64,000 nt of DNA, taken from NCBI GenBank assembly GCA_026418175.1, contig JAOABX010000008.1:40111-104110 (forward strand). The letters run 5' to 3'. The stretch is from Flavobacteriales bacterium. GTDB lineage: Bacteria; Bacteroidota; Bacteroidia; CAIKAF01. The position numbers and the translations under genes are program-made. Positions 36,411 to 47,932 of the stretch are shown here, piece by piece. The notes under the pieces are model-generated. The model was not told the DNA's origin. It did not search any database and saw only the letters and a program-made list of their open reading frames with translations. The number at the start of each line of letters is the position of its first letter. Position 1 is the stretch's first letter.

Positions 36411-37433
36411 TTATTTCCATGCTTTCATTACCTGGTCAGCGGCTTGAAAGGGGTCTAGTTTGCCTTCACTAACTTGTTGGCGTAAGTGGTCAACCATTTG
36501 ATTGTTTTTGTTTTGTTGATAAAATCTTTTTAGGATTTCTTGATCAAGGGTTTCTTTAAACCACCAAACGGATTGTTCTTTTCTCTGTGATTCGAAGTAT
36601 CCTGAATTTCGAATGGCTTGTGCATATTTTAAAATGGATTGGCAAAGTTCAGCTACCGTAGGTTTTTGTATGGCAGAGCCGGTAAGTACTTGCACCGGCT
36701 GTTCGGAGGCATGCAAAGGAAAAAAATGCAAAGCATTTTCAAGTTGTTTTTGAGTTTGGCGGACTTTTTCAGGATTTATATCAGCTTTATTAATAAAAAT
36801 AATATCTGCCATTTCCATGATGCCACGTTTAATGCCTTGTAATTCATCACCGGTTCCTGGAATGGCCAGGAGAAGGAACAAATCAGTCATGGAATGTACT
36901 GCTGTTTCTGATTGGCCAACACCCACCGTTTCAATCAGGATGATATCGAAACCAGCTGCTTCACAAAGCAACATGGCTTCACGGGTATGGCGGGCTACAC
37001 CACCCATAGTTCCGGCCGAAGGAGTAGGCCGAATGTATGCATTGGGATGACGGGACAATTGTTCCATTCGGGTTTTATCGCCCAGAATGCTTCCTTTTGA
37101 AAGCTGGCTGCTTGGATCAACAGCCAAAACAGCTACTTTATGTCCTTGCGAAATCAATTCGAGCCCTAGGGCTTCAATCAAGGTGCTTTTTCCAGCTCCG
37201 GGTATGCCCGTAATGCCGATACGAAGCGATTGGCCGGTATAAGGAAGTAAAGCTTGAATAATACGGTGTTTGCCGGCTTGATCTTCTTCTTTGCTACTTT
37301 CAATAAACGTAATACCACGGCTCAAAACTGTTATATCCCCTTTTAATATCCCTTTAATCAAAGTGTCAGGATCAGGGCGGTGTAATGTTTTTTTTGAAAA
37401 GCGAGGATTAATTCCCGAAGTATCGGATGACAT
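36411..37433 (-). CDS. meaB: Methylmalonyl-CoA mutase-associated GTPase
   Basis: GITGIPGAGKST, AVDPSS, GSILGDKTRM, ETVGVGQSE, GDELQGIKRGIME, NKAD. Confidence 0.95.
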   Translation of the reverse strand: MSSDTSGINPRFSKKTLHRPDPDTLIKGILKGDITVLSRGITFIESSKEEDQAGKHRIIQALLPYTGQSLRIGITGIPGAGKSTLIEALGLELISQGHKVAVLAVDPSSQLSKGSILGDKTRMEQLSRHPNAYIRPTPSAGTMGGVARHTREAMLLCEAAGFDIILIETVGVGQSETAVHSMTDLFLLLAIPGTGDELQGIKRGIMEMADIIFINKADINPEKVRQTQKQLENALHFFPLHASEQPVQVLTGSAIQKPTVAELCQSILKYAQAIRNSGYFESQRKEQSVWWFKETLDQEILKRFYQQNKNNQMVDHLRQQVSEGKLDPFQAADQVMKAWK

Positions 37434-37435
37434 GA

Positions 37436-37948
37436 CTAGCGAACTATTTTTTGTAGAATTTCCACCAAATCCTTTTCTAATGAAGATTTAGGCGTTTCAA
37501 CAATACGTCCAACTTCTTTATTATTATAATACACAATAAATGTGGGTACATTTACAATATTCAGTGCCTGAAAACCTTCAAAACCAGCCCATTTGTTTTC
37601 ATCTACTCCGTATATTTTAACTTGTTTTTCATCTTCTACATCCCAGCCTGCATCTTTTAAAATTCTTAGCATTCGTGGTACCTGTATCTGGCTGTCTTCA
37701 CACCAAAAACCCATAACAATTTTAATACGAACATCCTTGCTATTTTTCTTAATGTATTTTATAGCATCAGCATCAGCTTTGTATGAAAGAAATTCGGGTT
37801 CAAAGGTGCCTTTGTTTTTAGAATTAAATAGAACATCGTAATTCACATTTCCTTCCGGATACTTTTTAGGTTCATTGTTTTGAGCCTGAATCAATGACGA
37901 TGCAAAAATAAGCACATGGAGTACTACAAAAATTTTTATCATTTTCAT
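37436..37948 (-). CDS. Exported thioredoxin-fold protein (monothiol WCEDS)
   Basis: Signal peptide, GFWCEDS, VPTFI, GRIVETP. Confidence 0.8.
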   Translation of the reverse strand: MKMIKIFVVLHVLIFASSLIQAQNNEPKKYPEGNVNYDVLFNSKNKGTFEPEFLSYKADADAIKYIKKNSKDVRIKIVMGFWCEDSQIQVPRMLRILKDAGWDVEDEKQVKIYGVDENKWAGFEGFQALNIVNVPTFIVYYNNKEVGRIVETPKSSLEKDLVEILQKIVR

Positions 37949-37959
37949 CTGAAATTTTT

Positions 37960-40179
37960 TTAATTAGTGTGTACTAATTTAAGAAAATATCGTGCCGAAT
38001 CTGAAGATACTTCCAAAAGGTATATTCCGGGAGCCCAGTTCTCGGAATATAAAACCACTTCATGAAATACATTTTCAGATATTTGAATGATTCGGCCATT
38101 TAGGTCTCTAATAGTAAAATGAAATATTTTACCTGGAAATTGAATGTTGAAATGTATGGAGAAGGGATTGGGGAAAACCTGTATTTGTGTTTGTGTGGAA
38201 TTAATGTTTAATTCGGAAAATCCCACCTGTCCGACGTACAGGCTTACGCCTCCGGCATAATTTCCAACCACCAAATCGGGAATGTTATCATTGGTAATAT
38301 CAGCAACAGCTGGTGTGCCACGAAACCCGGGATACATAAACCCCCAATTACTATTTAGTAAATTAAATTGCGTATTTATTTGATTTGTTGCATCATGTAA
38401 TTGGTTGTAATGATGAATGCCTCCTTTGAGTGAACCAACTGCTAAGTGCAAGTTGCCGTTATATTGAAAAAAAGAGGGTACACTGTAACCGGACGAACTG
38501 ATAGTAGGATCAACTACATTTACACCTCCTAATTGAGAAATGGTAGGTATTGCCGGATTGGAAGCCGTGGGGTTGAAATTAGGAGTTGTTAAGGTCCCGG
38601 TATTTTGGTAAAAATTTAATTTGCCCATTCTGCTACCACATACAATATCATTTAATCCATCCAAATTTAAATCTACTATGGCTGGTGCACTGAAAGAGTT
38701 TTCTTTGATATTAAAATATTGCATTACCGGAGAAGCAAACACCGCAGGTGTATTAGGTGCAACCGGGGCTATGTTTTCAAAAAAGTGAATATAACCTGAT
38801 GTTTCACCTATGAGCAAATCGTCATCACCATCGCTATCCAAATCACCAAATGCCGGTACTATGTTGGTTAAGTTGAGTGAAGAAATTCCAGCCAAATCTC
38901 GAGTTATAAGTTCAAATTGTGGTTGTGAGGCTGACCCAGTATTTTGGTAAAGTGCCAACTGTCCATAACCATTAAAATACATAGCGTTTCCAATCACCAA
39001 ATCCAACAATCCGTCGCGATTAAAATCAACCCAAGTAGGGAAAGCTCCTTCACCCAGGTCAATCATTTCTCCCTGAATGAAGTTGGTTTCTAATTTTATA
39101 AAATTCGGTTGATTATCAGTTCCTATGTTTGAATATCGCCAAACCCCGTTTCTGGTTTCTGAGCTACTCGGTGCATTGGGAGCTACAATCAGGTCTCTAT
39201 TGTAATCATTATTTACATCTACATAAAATGCAGTGGGAAAGGTGGTTAGATTCACCGGTTGGGTATCGATGTGATTTTGAGGAAAATTTAATTCAAATGC
39301 ACCCATATTGGCTTGTGCTGGTGTGCCGTCGTTATGCAAATAGGTTAGAAAGTTTGCACCAATATCTCCCAGTACCAAATCTTTATCGCTATCACCATCC
39401 ATATCTAATGCCAACAATGAAGAGCCGCTGTGACGCATTCCTCCAGGTATTCCGCCTCCCGGTGCATCGCAGCTATCATTTAGATAAATATCTGTTGCCG
39501 ATGCTCCCTCAACAAAATTTCCCCAGTTGTCTGTTCGTAATGTAAAAACTAAACTATCCCGATGGCCGTAAAGTTCCATGCTGCGATTTTGATGAAATTC
39601 AACACATCCCCCTAAAAAGTTAAATGTGAGAATGTCCAAGTCACTGTCTCCATCCACATCTGTTATGGCAGGAAAATCAGCTGAACTAACATACAAAGGC
39701 AACTGGTTAAGACCGTATTGTGATCGGATTTGCTCTTTCACCAGTGAGAATTGAATTCCAATTGATGCATTTCCAGTGTTACGATGAGCTTGCACACTAC
39801 CATTCCAATAGTGAAATAAATCATGTTTGCCATCGCCGTCATAATCGGCCATTAGCATCCAGTCAGTAATTGAAGGAAAATGATATCTAAATTCATCACC
39901 AATCAAATATTCAGGCTTGCCGGGTACCCCTTGATTTATCAAACACGTAATTTTATTTCCGGTACGGTCAAAAATTACCAGGTCATTCCATCCATCATAG
40001 TTTACATCTGCTGCAGAAAATTGCGGATAATTTAAAGCTCCCCCCCAAGCTAGTTTTAATGTGTCTGATGTTTCAATAACCAAAAATTGGTCGTTTCGTA
40101 TCAGGTCAATATGTTGAGCATTCAGTGAAAATAAAAGCAAGGTTGCTGTAAAAAAAGTGAATTTAATTTTTAAACGCAT
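37960..40179 (-). CDS. FG-GAP/VCBS-repeat protein with T9SS C-terminal sorting domain
   Basis: Many DxDGDxDxD repeats; C-terminal VFPNPF...GIYLLEV. Confidence 0.85.
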   Translation of the reverse strand: MRLKIKFTFFTATLLLFSLNAQHIDLIRNDQFLVIETSDTLKLAWGGALNYPQFSAADVNYDGWNDLVIFDRTGNKITCLINQGVPGKPEYLIGDEFRYHFPSITDWMLMADYDGDGKHDLFHYWNGSVQAHRNTGNASIGIQFSLVKEQIRSQYGLNQLPLYVSSADFPAITDVDGDSDLDILTFNFLGGCVEFHQNRSMELYGHRDSLVFTLRTDNWGNFVEGASATDIYLNDSCDAPGGGIPGGMRHSGSSLLALDMDGDSDKDLVLGDIGANFLTYLHNDGTPAQANMGAFELNFPQNHIDTQPVNLTTFPTAFYVDVNNDYNRDLIVAPNAPSSSETRNGVWRYSNIGTDNQPNFIKLETNFIQGEMIDLGEGAFPTWVDFNRDGLLDLVIGNAMYFNGYGQLALYQNTGSASQPQFELITRDLAGISSLNLTNIVPAFGDLDSDGDDDLLIGETSGYIHFFENIAPVAPNTPAVFASPVMQYFNIKENSFSAPAIVDLNLDGLNDIVCGSRMGKLNFYQNTGTLTTPNFNPTASNPAIPTISQLGGVNVVDPTISSSGYSVPSFFQYNGNLHLAVGSLKGGIHHYNQLHDATNQINTQFNLLNSNWGFMYPGFRGTPAVADITNDNIPDLVVGNYAGGVSLYVGQVGFSELNINSTQTQIQVFPNPFSIHFNIQFPGKIFHFTIRDLNGRIIQISENVFHEVVLYSENWAPGIYLLEVSSDSARYFLKLVHTN

Positions 40180-40231
40180 ACTGTAAATATACAACACCCT
40201 TTGCAAACAAGAAATTGAACGATTTTCTTTC

Positions 40232-42610
40232 TTATTTGATTACAATTTTTGAATAACCGATAAGGGTTGAATCCTTGTATACTGCCAAATAATAAATTCC
40301 TGCAGCCAATTTATTTCGTTGAATTTGGAATGTTGGCCCGTGAATATGATAATAATCTTTTACCACCAATCCCGAAGAATTGATGAGGTATGCAACCAAA
40401 TGCTCACCTTCGGTATTTGGCACATTGATCATGGCTGAAGATGTCATAGGGTTAGGGAATACCATCAGTTGAGCATTTTCTTTTATACTAAGTGGCTCAT
40501 TCAATGAACTGATTCCTGTATACTGACTGCAAGAATCACCGTATAAATTAAGTTTTAAAAATAATTCATCAAAATAACTGTCGTTATCTGATCCTGCATT
40601 ACGTTTACCCATCAAGTTCATTCTAATTTTTCGTGTACCTGCTGGTACAGCCCACTGGGTTTCTTTAAGCGTCCATATACCGCCAGTAAATCTTGTGGTG
40701 TCAGAGAATCCAATTATTTGATTTGATATATTAAGAAAATGAACGGCATACGAAGGCTCATCGGTACCATTCCAGTCTCTTAAATAGCCACCAAATTTAA
40801 CCATGCAAACCCCTTGATCTATTTGTGAGGCGTAAGCTGAAACATCCACATCTTGATATGCAGAGCCGAACGCATTGTCAGTACATATACCACCTACAGC
40901 AAAATATTTATTTCCGGTATATGGCAAAGTACCGCCACATTCACCTGGTCCAACAGATTCAATTACTCCTGTAGAGGCAGTCCATTGGCTAGTACCATTT
41001 TCTGCCCCTCCATTGATGAGCAAATTGGTTGTAAAAACACTGTTACCCGTTGAGAAAGGAATAGGATCAGACCAGTCGCTCCAAGCTAAGCTCTTATCGC
41101 GGTATCGAACCCTCCAGCAGTAGTTTGTATTGGGCTGAAGGGTAGTTGTTTTTTCATCCGTAAGGTCATCACCTGCTTGTAAATCTAAATCATAATACCA
41201 GTTTTCGTGCTGCTTCCAAGAGTTGATTATCGGATTAGAAAAATCTCCGCATGATGTGCTGACTTGCCATTGGGCTGAACCGAATCCGTCATTGTCGGCA
41301 TCAAAAAAAGCACTTCCTTTTAGAATTAAACAATCTGGACTAACCAATGCATTATTGTAAGGATAAAGACCAATGGGCTTGAGTGGAGTATTATTATATC
41401 GTTTTACAGTTATCAAGTCTTCCAGACTGTTTTGCTTGGCTGTTGTTTCATCACCTAGGCTAAACCGTTTTAAAGTAAATTTTGGATTAGACCCTGCTTC
41501 TACATGCACAAAAACAAAACCGTATTCATCTTGACTTTTGGTAAACTCTTCGTAATCTTGTTGTGCAAATTCACCCCAATAATCAATGTTACCTCCTGCC
41601 GTAGCAACATTCACCCATAAATGAGAATGATCGCGAGACTGACCGCGTGAATAGCCGTGTGTATGCCCAAAAAAATGAATGCTGGGTTTGCCGCAGTTAG
41701 TTGAAAAGTTTTCAAGCAACTGTATGATTTGGCCTGTGTAACTGATTTCACCAGCCAGCCAAAGCTCTGATTTATGGGGGTGATGCAGTTGTACAAATAC
41801 AAAATCAATAGCCGAATTATTGCATGCATCATTTAATACAGAATCAAGCCAGTCAAGCTGAATTTGAATGCGGTATCCGGTATTCGAGTTTAAGCCGATA
41901 ATCCGTACATTCGAATTATCTTTAAACCACCAGTGTTCTTTGTAACCATTGCTTCCATTATCAGGTAAAGTAAAATACTGAAAATATAACGGCGTATTTA
42001 GTTCGTGATTTCCAAGTACAGGGTATACAGGAACGTGAGCAAACAGAGGGTGTGCCGGGGCAAAAAAGTCGTCTTTCCATTGAGCATAAATCAGCCCATT
42101 ATCCACCAAATCACCTGGAATTATCACCATCTGAACATGATCGCTGACTTGTTGACCCAAACTGTCAGCAATGTATTTCAATACCCCCTCATGAATTATC
42201 TCTTGAAACTTGGTAGGATTGCCGTTGTCTTTTTGCATGTCGCTCATTGCAACAATGTTTACATAGTTTTCTGCCGCAGGCAATGAAGGTGATACAAAAT
42301 CAAATGTATCTGAAACAATAGTTCCGGTTCTAACCCGATAAAAATAACGAGTAGCTGGTAAAAGGCCGGTTATCGTTACTGTATGGATTTGTGCGCCACT
42401 TTGGCTGTTTACGGCTATTCCCTGGGTTGAATTACCTAATGAAGTAGTTGTTCCCCAGTCTACCCAACTGTCGCTATTGCTACTAGTTTCCCACATGATG
42501 CTGATACGGTTGGGTTCCGCGTCTTGCAAGTACGGTTGAACTATAATTGATTGGCTGTATAAATAATTATACATATATACAGCTAATATAAAAGCAAAAA
42601 CTCTTTTCAT
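40232..42610 (-). CDS. Purple-acid-phosphatase-like metallophosphoesterase with T9SS C-terminal domain
   Basis: SDMQ, GDLVD, LGNHE, HHP, GHTH; FN3-like domains; VFPNPM...GIYYL. Confidence 0.85.
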   Translation of the reverse strand: MKRVFAFILAVYMYNYLYSQSIIVQPYLQDAEPNRISIMWETSSNSDSWVDWGTTTSLGNSTQGIAVNSQSGAQIHTVTITGLLPATRYFYRVRTGTIVSDTFDFVSPSLPAAENYVNIVAMSDMQKDNGNPTKFQEIIHEGVLKYIADSLGQQVSDHVQMVIIPGDLVDNGLIYAQWKDDFFAPAHPLFAHVPVYPVLGNHELNTPLYFQYFTLPDNGSNGYKEHWWFKDNSNVRIIGLNSNTGYRIQIQLDWLDSVLNDACNNSAIDFVFVQLHHPHKSELWLAGEISYTGQIIQLLENFSTNCGKPSIHFFGHTHGYSRGQSRDHSHLWVNVATAGGNIDYWGEFAQQDYEEFTKSQDEYGFVFVHVEAGSNPKFTLKRFSLGDETTAKQNSLEDLITVKRYNNTPLKPIGLYPYNNALVSPDCLILKGSAFFDADNDGFGSAQWQVSTSCGDFSNPIINSWKQHENWYYDLDLQAGDDLTDEKTTTLQPNTNYCWRVRYRDKSLAWSDWSDPIPFSTGNSVFTTNLLINGGAENGTSQWTASTGVIESVGPGECGGTLPYTGNKYFAVGGICTDNAFGSAYQDVDVSAYASQIDQGVCMVKFGGYLRDWNGTDEPSYAVHFLNISNQIIGFSDTTRFTGGIWTLKETQWAVPAGTRKIRMNLMGKRNAGSDNDSYFDELFLKLNLYGDSCSQYTGISSLNEPLSIKENAQLMVFPNPMTSSAMINVPNTEGEHLVAYLINSSGLVVKDYYHIHGPTFQIQRNKLAAGIYYLAVYKDSTLIGYSKIVIK

Positions 42611-42831
42611 AAGGAAAGAAAATATATTACAAGATACGATTTATTGAAATTTTAAAGTAAATTATCTTGAATTGTTGATAGTTGAGAAAGAGTTTTTATG
42701 ATGTAGATAATTTTTAAAACTTCCATTCAATAATTGTTTTTCTGAGATAGAAATTATTCATAGGTTTTCAACACGTCGTTTTTTGGCGGGGCAGTCTTTG
42801 TATTTTTACGGTACGTAATGTTTATTATTCT

Positions 42832-45800
42832 ATGCCTACATTTAGTCATCTACACGTACATACACAGTTTTCTCTGTTGGATGGAGCTGCAGAAATCGGT
42901 AAATTATACAAAAAAGCCATTGCTGATAATATGCCTGCCTTGGCCATTACCGATCATGGTAATATGTTTGGAGTATTTCATTTTGTAAATGAAGCCTTTA
43001 AGCATAAGCATGAAGATGGAACTTTACGTGTAAAACCCATCATAGGTTGTGAATTTTATGTAGTAGAAGACCGCCACAAAAAACAATTTACCAAAGAAGA
43101 TAAAGATATCCGCTATCATCAGCTTATGTTGGCAAAGGATGAAGAAGGATATCGAAATTTGTGTAAACTTACTTCATTGGGATATATTGAAGGGCTGTAT
43201 TCTAAATATCCTCGTATTGATAAAGAGTTAATTCTGAAATATCATAAAGGATTAATAGCTACGACTTGTTGCCTGGGAGCAGAAGTTCCTAAAACCATCC
43301 TGAAAAAAGGAGAAGAAGAAGGTGAAAAAGTATTTAAGTGGTGGCTTGATTTATTTGGCGAAGATTATTATATCGAATTACAACGCCATCACATTCCTGA
43401 GCAGGATAAAGTGAATCAGGTATTATTGAAATGGGCTGACAAATACAATGTAAAAGTCATAGCAACAAATGATTCGCATTATGTGGACCAAGAGGATTAT
43501 AATGCTCATGATATATTGTTATGTATAAATACCGGTGAAAAGCAAAGTACTCCTACTGTAAAAGATCCGGACGAAGAATCAGGCGGAATGAAAGGGAAAC
43601 GATTTGCGTTTTATAACGATCAGTTTTTCTTTAAAACACAGGCCCAGATGAATGAATTGTTCAACGACATTCCGCAAGCCATTGATTATACCAATGAGAT
43701 AGTAAGTAAAGTAAAAACACTCAATCTGAAACGGGATATATTACTGCCCAATTTCCCTATTCCAGAAAAATTTAAAATACATACTACGCCTCAAAAGTAT
43801 GGCAACAAAGAACTAAGTCCTGAAGTGTTAAATCAATGGGAATATTTAAGGCATCTAACCTTTCAGGGGGCCATAACACGTTATCCTATCATGACACCAG
43901 CTATCGAAGAGCGATTGAATTTTGAGCTGGAAACTATTCGAAATATGGGGTTCCCGGGTTACTTCCTCATAGTAGCTGATTTTATTAAAGCCGGTCGTGA
44001 TTTGGGTGTTTTTGTAGGGCCTGGGCGTGGATCAGCTGCGGGTAGTGCCGTGGCATATTGCATTGGAATTACCAATATTGATCCTATTAAGTATGACCTC
44101 CTGTTTGAGCGTTTCTTGAATCCTGAACGGGTAAGTATGCCAGATATTGATACAGATTTTGATGATGAAGGCCGGCAAAAGGTAATAGATTATGTAGTTG
44201 AAAAATATGGTAAAAATCAGGTAGCACAAATTATAACGTATGGTACGATGGCAGCTCGTACCAGCATTCAGGATGTAGCCCGGGTACTGGATTACCCGAT
44301 ACCGGATATGAATGCCTTAAAAAAAATGCTTCCGGAAAAACCAGGATTAACATTAAATCGAGCTTTGAATGCACCACTGGAAGGTGAAAAAAGCCTGAAA
44401 GAAAAAGAAGGCCTTAACAGTGAAGAATTAGAAATGATTAAAGAGCTACGAAAAGTTGCCGAAGGAAATGATATTCGTGCAAAAATTCTCAAAGAGGCTT
44501 CTGTGCTGGAAGGTTCGGTACGCAACACTGGCGTGCATGCAGCAGGTATAATTATTGCACCCAGTGACCTATCCGATTTGATTCCGGTTGCCGTGGCCAA
44601 AGACTCCGATTTATTGCTCACACAATATGAAGGAAGTGTGATTGAAGAAGCCGGAGTTATTAAAATGGATTTTTTGGGCTTAAAAACATTAACCCAAATT
44701 AAAAATGCTTTGGAGTTAATTAAAGAAAATCATAATGTAACCTTGGATATTGAAAAGATTCCATTGGATGACCCTAAAACCTTTGCTTTGTATCAACGGG
44801 GTGAAACCAACGGAACGTTTCAGTTTGAAAGTCCGGGAATGCAAAAATACCTCATTGATTTAAAGCCGGATAAATTTGAGGACTTGATTGCCATGAATGC
44901 TCTCTACCGTCCTGGACCGTTGAAGTATATCCCAAACTTTATTAAGCGAAAACACGGTTTAGAAAAAATAGAATATGATCTTCCTGAAATGCAGGAATAT
45001 CTTGAGGAAACTTATGGCATTACTGTTTATCAGGAGCAGGTAATGTTATTGAGTCAAAAATTAGCCGGATTTACCAAAGGTGAAGCAGATACTTTACGAA
45101 AAGCGATGGGAAAAAAGCAAATTGAGGTATTGAATAAGATGAAATCTAAATTTATTGAGGGAGCTAAAGCGAAAGGACATCCAGAAAAAGTATTACATAA
45201 AATTTGGAGCGACTGGGAAGATTTTGCCCAATATGCTTTTAATAAATCACATTCTACATGCTATGCCTACGTAGCTTTTCAAACTGCCTATCTCAAAGCG
45301 CATTATCCTGCCGAATTTATGGCTGCTGTGCTGAATGATGCAGGTAATATTGAAAAAATTACCTTTTTTATGGAAGAATGCAAGCGCATGGGCATTCCGG
45401 TATTAGGTCCTGATGTCAATGAATCAGGAATTCGTTTTACCGTTAATAAGAAAGGAGAAATTCGTTTTGGTTTAAGTGCCATTAAAGGGGTAGGAGAGGG
45501 CGCTGTTGAATCTATTGTGAATGAACGTAAAGCCAATGGCCCATTCAAAGATATTTTCGATATGGTAAAACGAATTAACCTTCGGTCGTTGAATAGAAAA
45601 ACCATGGAAAGTTTAGCCTTGGCCGGAGCTTTTGATTGTTTTAAAGAATTAAGCAGGGCAGATTATTTTGCCACGGAACCAGGTTCAGATTTAATTTATA
45701 TTGATAAAATACTAAAGTGGGGATCACAATATCAACAGCAAAAAGACGGTGCACAAGTATCGTTGTTTGGTGACTCTGAAGAAACCGAATTACCACAACC

Positions 45801-46488
45801 ATCACCGCCTGTAACCGAACCTTGGGGACGATTATATGAATTAAAACGCGAAAAAGAAGTAACCGGATTTTATATTTCCGGACATCCATTGGATGATTAT
45901 AAATTTGATATTGAACGTTTTTGTAACATAAAATCGTTTAACCAACTGCAGGATTTAAAATCATTGTGTGATCGATCCATCACTTTTGCAGGGATTGTTA
46001 CAGATGCTCAGCATAAAACCGGAAAAAATGGAAACCCCTTTGCATTTTTTAAATTGGAGGATTTTAATGGCAGTATTGAAATAGCTTTATTCGGTGAAGA
46101 TTATTTGAAATTCCGGCACTTCTTCGATGCAGGAGCTTTTTTATACATCAGCGGCAGGGTGCAAAAAAAGTTTAATCAGGAAGAACAATTCGAAATAAAA
46201 GTTAGTAAAGTTGAACTGCTACATGATATTCGAAGCAAGAAACTTAAAGGGGTTATCGTAAATGTTAGCAACGAAATGATCACTGAGGAATGGATTCGCC
46301 TAATAGTTCAACAAACAGAAAAATATCCGGGCACTATGTCGTTTGGTTTCAGAGTGTATGATTCAATCGCAAATTTTTCAGTTGAACTAAAATCAAAAAA
46401 GATAAAAATTGATCTCACCAACAACGAATGTATCCGTTTTCTTAAGTCATTAGTTAAAAATGAAAATGATTTGGAATGGATTAAGTAA
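42832..46488 (+). CDS. dnaE: DNA polymerase III alpha subunit
   Basis: HLHVHTQFSLLDG, ITDHGN, GRGSAAGS, FERFLNPERVSMPDIDTDF, KMDFLGL, YAFNKSH. Confidence 0.98.
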   Translation: MPTFSHLHVHTQFSLLDGAAEIGKLYKKAIADNMPALAITDHGNMFGVFHFVNEAFKHKHEDGTLRVKPIIGCEFYVVEDRHKKQFTKEDKDIRYHQLMLAKDEEGYRNLCKLTSLGYIEGLYSKYPRIDKELILKYHKGLIATTCCLGAEVPKTILKKGEEEGEKVFKWWLDLFGEDYYIELQRHHIPEQDKVNQVLLKWADKYNVKVIATNDSHYVDQEDYNAHDILLCINTGEKQSTPTVKDPDEESGGMKGKRFAFYNDQFFFKTQAQMNELFNDIPQAIDYTNEIVSKVKTLNLKRDILLPNFPIPEKFKIHTTPQKYGNKELSPEVLNQWEYLRHLTFQGAITRYPIMTPAIEERLNFELETIRNMGFPGYFLIVADFIKAGRDLGVFVGPGRGSAAGSAVAYCIGITNIDPIKYDLLFERFLNPERVSMPDIDTDFDDEGRQKVIDYVVEKYGKNQVAQIITYGTMAARTSIQDVARVLDYPIPDMNALKKMLPEKPGLTLNRALNAPLEGEKSLKEKEGLNSEELEMIKELRKVAEGNDIRAKILKEASVLEGSVRNTGVHAAGIIIAPSDLSDLIPVAVAKDSDLLLTQYEGSVIEEAGVIKMDFLGLKTLTQIKNALELIKENHNVTLDIEKIPLDDPKTFALYQRGETNGTFQFESPGMQKYLIDLKPDKFEDLIAMNALYRPGPLKYIPNFIKRKHGLEKIEYDLPEMQEYLEETYGITVYQEQVMLLSQKLAGFTKGEADTLRKAMGKKQIEVLNKMKSKFIEGAKAKGHPEKVLHKIWSDWEDFAQYAFNKSHSTCYAYVAFQTAYLKAHYPAEFMAAVLNDAGNIEKITFFMEECKRMGIPVLGPDVNESGIRFTVNKKGEIRFGLSAIKGVGEGAVESIVNERKANGPFKDIFDMVKRINLRSLNRKTMESLALAGAFDCFKELSRADYFATEPGSDLIYIDKILKWGSQYQQQKDGAQVSLFGDSEETELPQPSPPVTEPWGRLYELKREKEVTGFYISGHPLDDYKFDIERFCNIKSFNQLQDLKSLCDRSITFAGIVTDAQHKTGKNGNPFAFFKLEDFNGSIEIALFGEDYLKFRHFFDAGAFLYISGRVQKKFNQEEQFEIKVSKVELLHDIRSKKLKGVIVNVSNEMITEEWIRLIVQQTEKYPGTMSFGFRVYDSIANFSVELKSKKIKIDLTNNECIRFLKSLVKNENDLEWIK

Positions 46489-46599
46489 ACTTTACACTAC
46501 TTATTTACAAGCAAAATTGAATTAATTAGCGAAGAAACAACTCTTTTAAATTTTACCTTCAACTATCTACTTTTATTAGCTTTGTACAAACTTTAGTGC

Positions 46600-47871
46600 A
46601 TGAAAATCTCTTCATTATCATCATTAAACACTTGGGTGCATGTTCCCGCCAATAGTGATTTTACATTATATAATCTTCCCTATGGAATTTTTAAATATGG
46701 AAGCAAAAAACCAAGGGTTGGTGTAGCCATTGGCGAGCATATTCTTGATCTTTCATACTTATATAAAAAAGGGTACCTTGATCAGTTGTTTTTGAATGAA
46801 AATGTGTTTAAGTCAGATTCTTTGAACCGCTTTATAGCACTTGGAAAGCCTTATTGGACGTTAACTCGCAAGCGTTTAATAGATATCCTCAAAGAAGATA
46901 ATGGAGAGTTACGGGATAGAAAAGAAGATGTGGAAAAAGCGCTTATCCCAATGAAAAAAGCAACCCTGCTGATGCCTGTAAAGGTTGGCAACTATACGGA
47001 TTTTTACAGCAGCATGGAGCATGCTACAAACGTAGGAAAAATGTTTCGACCGGATGGCGACCCTTTGCTGCCGAATTGGAAGCATATTCCGGTAGGCTAT
47101 CATGGACGTGCATCATCTATTGTCGTAAGCGGAACCCCCATTCATCGACCCAAAGGTCAAACTATGCCTGATGGAGCTACAACTCCCGTTTTTGGACCTA
47201 CTCGGCAACTCGACTTTGAATTGGAAATGGGGTTTATTGTGGGGCGCGAAAATGAATTAGGAACTTCAATCACTACAGATCAAGCCGAACAATATATATT
47301 TGGCATGTTGATATTTAACGATTGGTCTGCAAGGGATATTCAAAAATGGGAATATGTTCCATTGGGTCCCTTTCTCAGTAAAAATTTTGCATCTTCTGTA
47401 TCGCCTTGGGTGGTAACAATGGATGCATTGGAACCATTTCGTTGCGCCGGACCTATACAAGATCCGCCGGTATTACCATATCTTCGTTTTGAAGGCGAAA
47501 AAAGTTTTGATATTCATTTGGAAGTATATTTACAACCCGAGGGTGGAGAACCTCAACTTATTAGCGAATCGAACCATAAATACTTATATTGGAATATATC
47601 CCAACAATTGGCGCACCATACCGTAAATGGTTGCAACATGAAGATTGGGGATATTTGTGCCTCTGGAACAATTTCGGGGGCTACAGAAAACAGCTATGGC
47701 AGTATGCTCGAACTCACCTGGCGTGGAACCCGTCCTATTCGTTTAGCCAATGGAACCGAACGAAAATTTATTGAAGACGGTGATACGGTGATTATGAAAG
47801 CCTATTGTAAAAAGGGTAATCTCCGTATAGGCTTTGGATCTGTACAGTGTAAGATACTCCCTGCTATATAA
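46600..47871 (+). CDS. fahA: Fumarylacetoacetase
   Basis: NLPYGIF, YTDFYSS.EHATNVG, PVGYHGRASS, LDFELE, NDWSARDIQKWEYVPLGPF. Confidence 0.95.
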   Translation: MKISSLSSLNTWVHVPANSDFTLYNLPYGIFKYGSKKPRVGVAIGEHILDLSYLYKKGYLDQLFLNENVFKSDSLNRFIALGKPYWTLTRKRLIDILKEDNGELRDRKEDVEKALIPMKKATLLMPVKVGNYTDFYSSMEHATNVGKMFRPDGDPLLPNWKHIPVGYHGRASSIVVSGTPIHRPKGQTMPDGATTPVFGPTRQLDFELEMGFIVGRENELGTSITTDQAEQYIFGMLIFNDWSARDIQKWEYVPLGPFLSKNFASSVSPWVVTMDALEPFRCAGPIQDPPVLPYLRFEGEKSFDIHLEVYLQPEGGEPQLISESNHKYLYWNISQQLAHHTVNGCNMKIGDICASGTISGATENSYGSMLELTWRGTRPIRLANGTERKFIEDGDTVIMKAYCKKGNLRIGFGSVQCKILPAI

Positions 47872-47932
47872 CTGGATTTTATCATTTTATAAGAACTTCG
47901 TAACTTTAGGTTTATAAATTTTAATCTGTTAA

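Noticed and set aside
42832-46488. Intein in DnaE
   Set aside because: Length (1218 aa) and motif continuity are normal; no splice-junction motifs.
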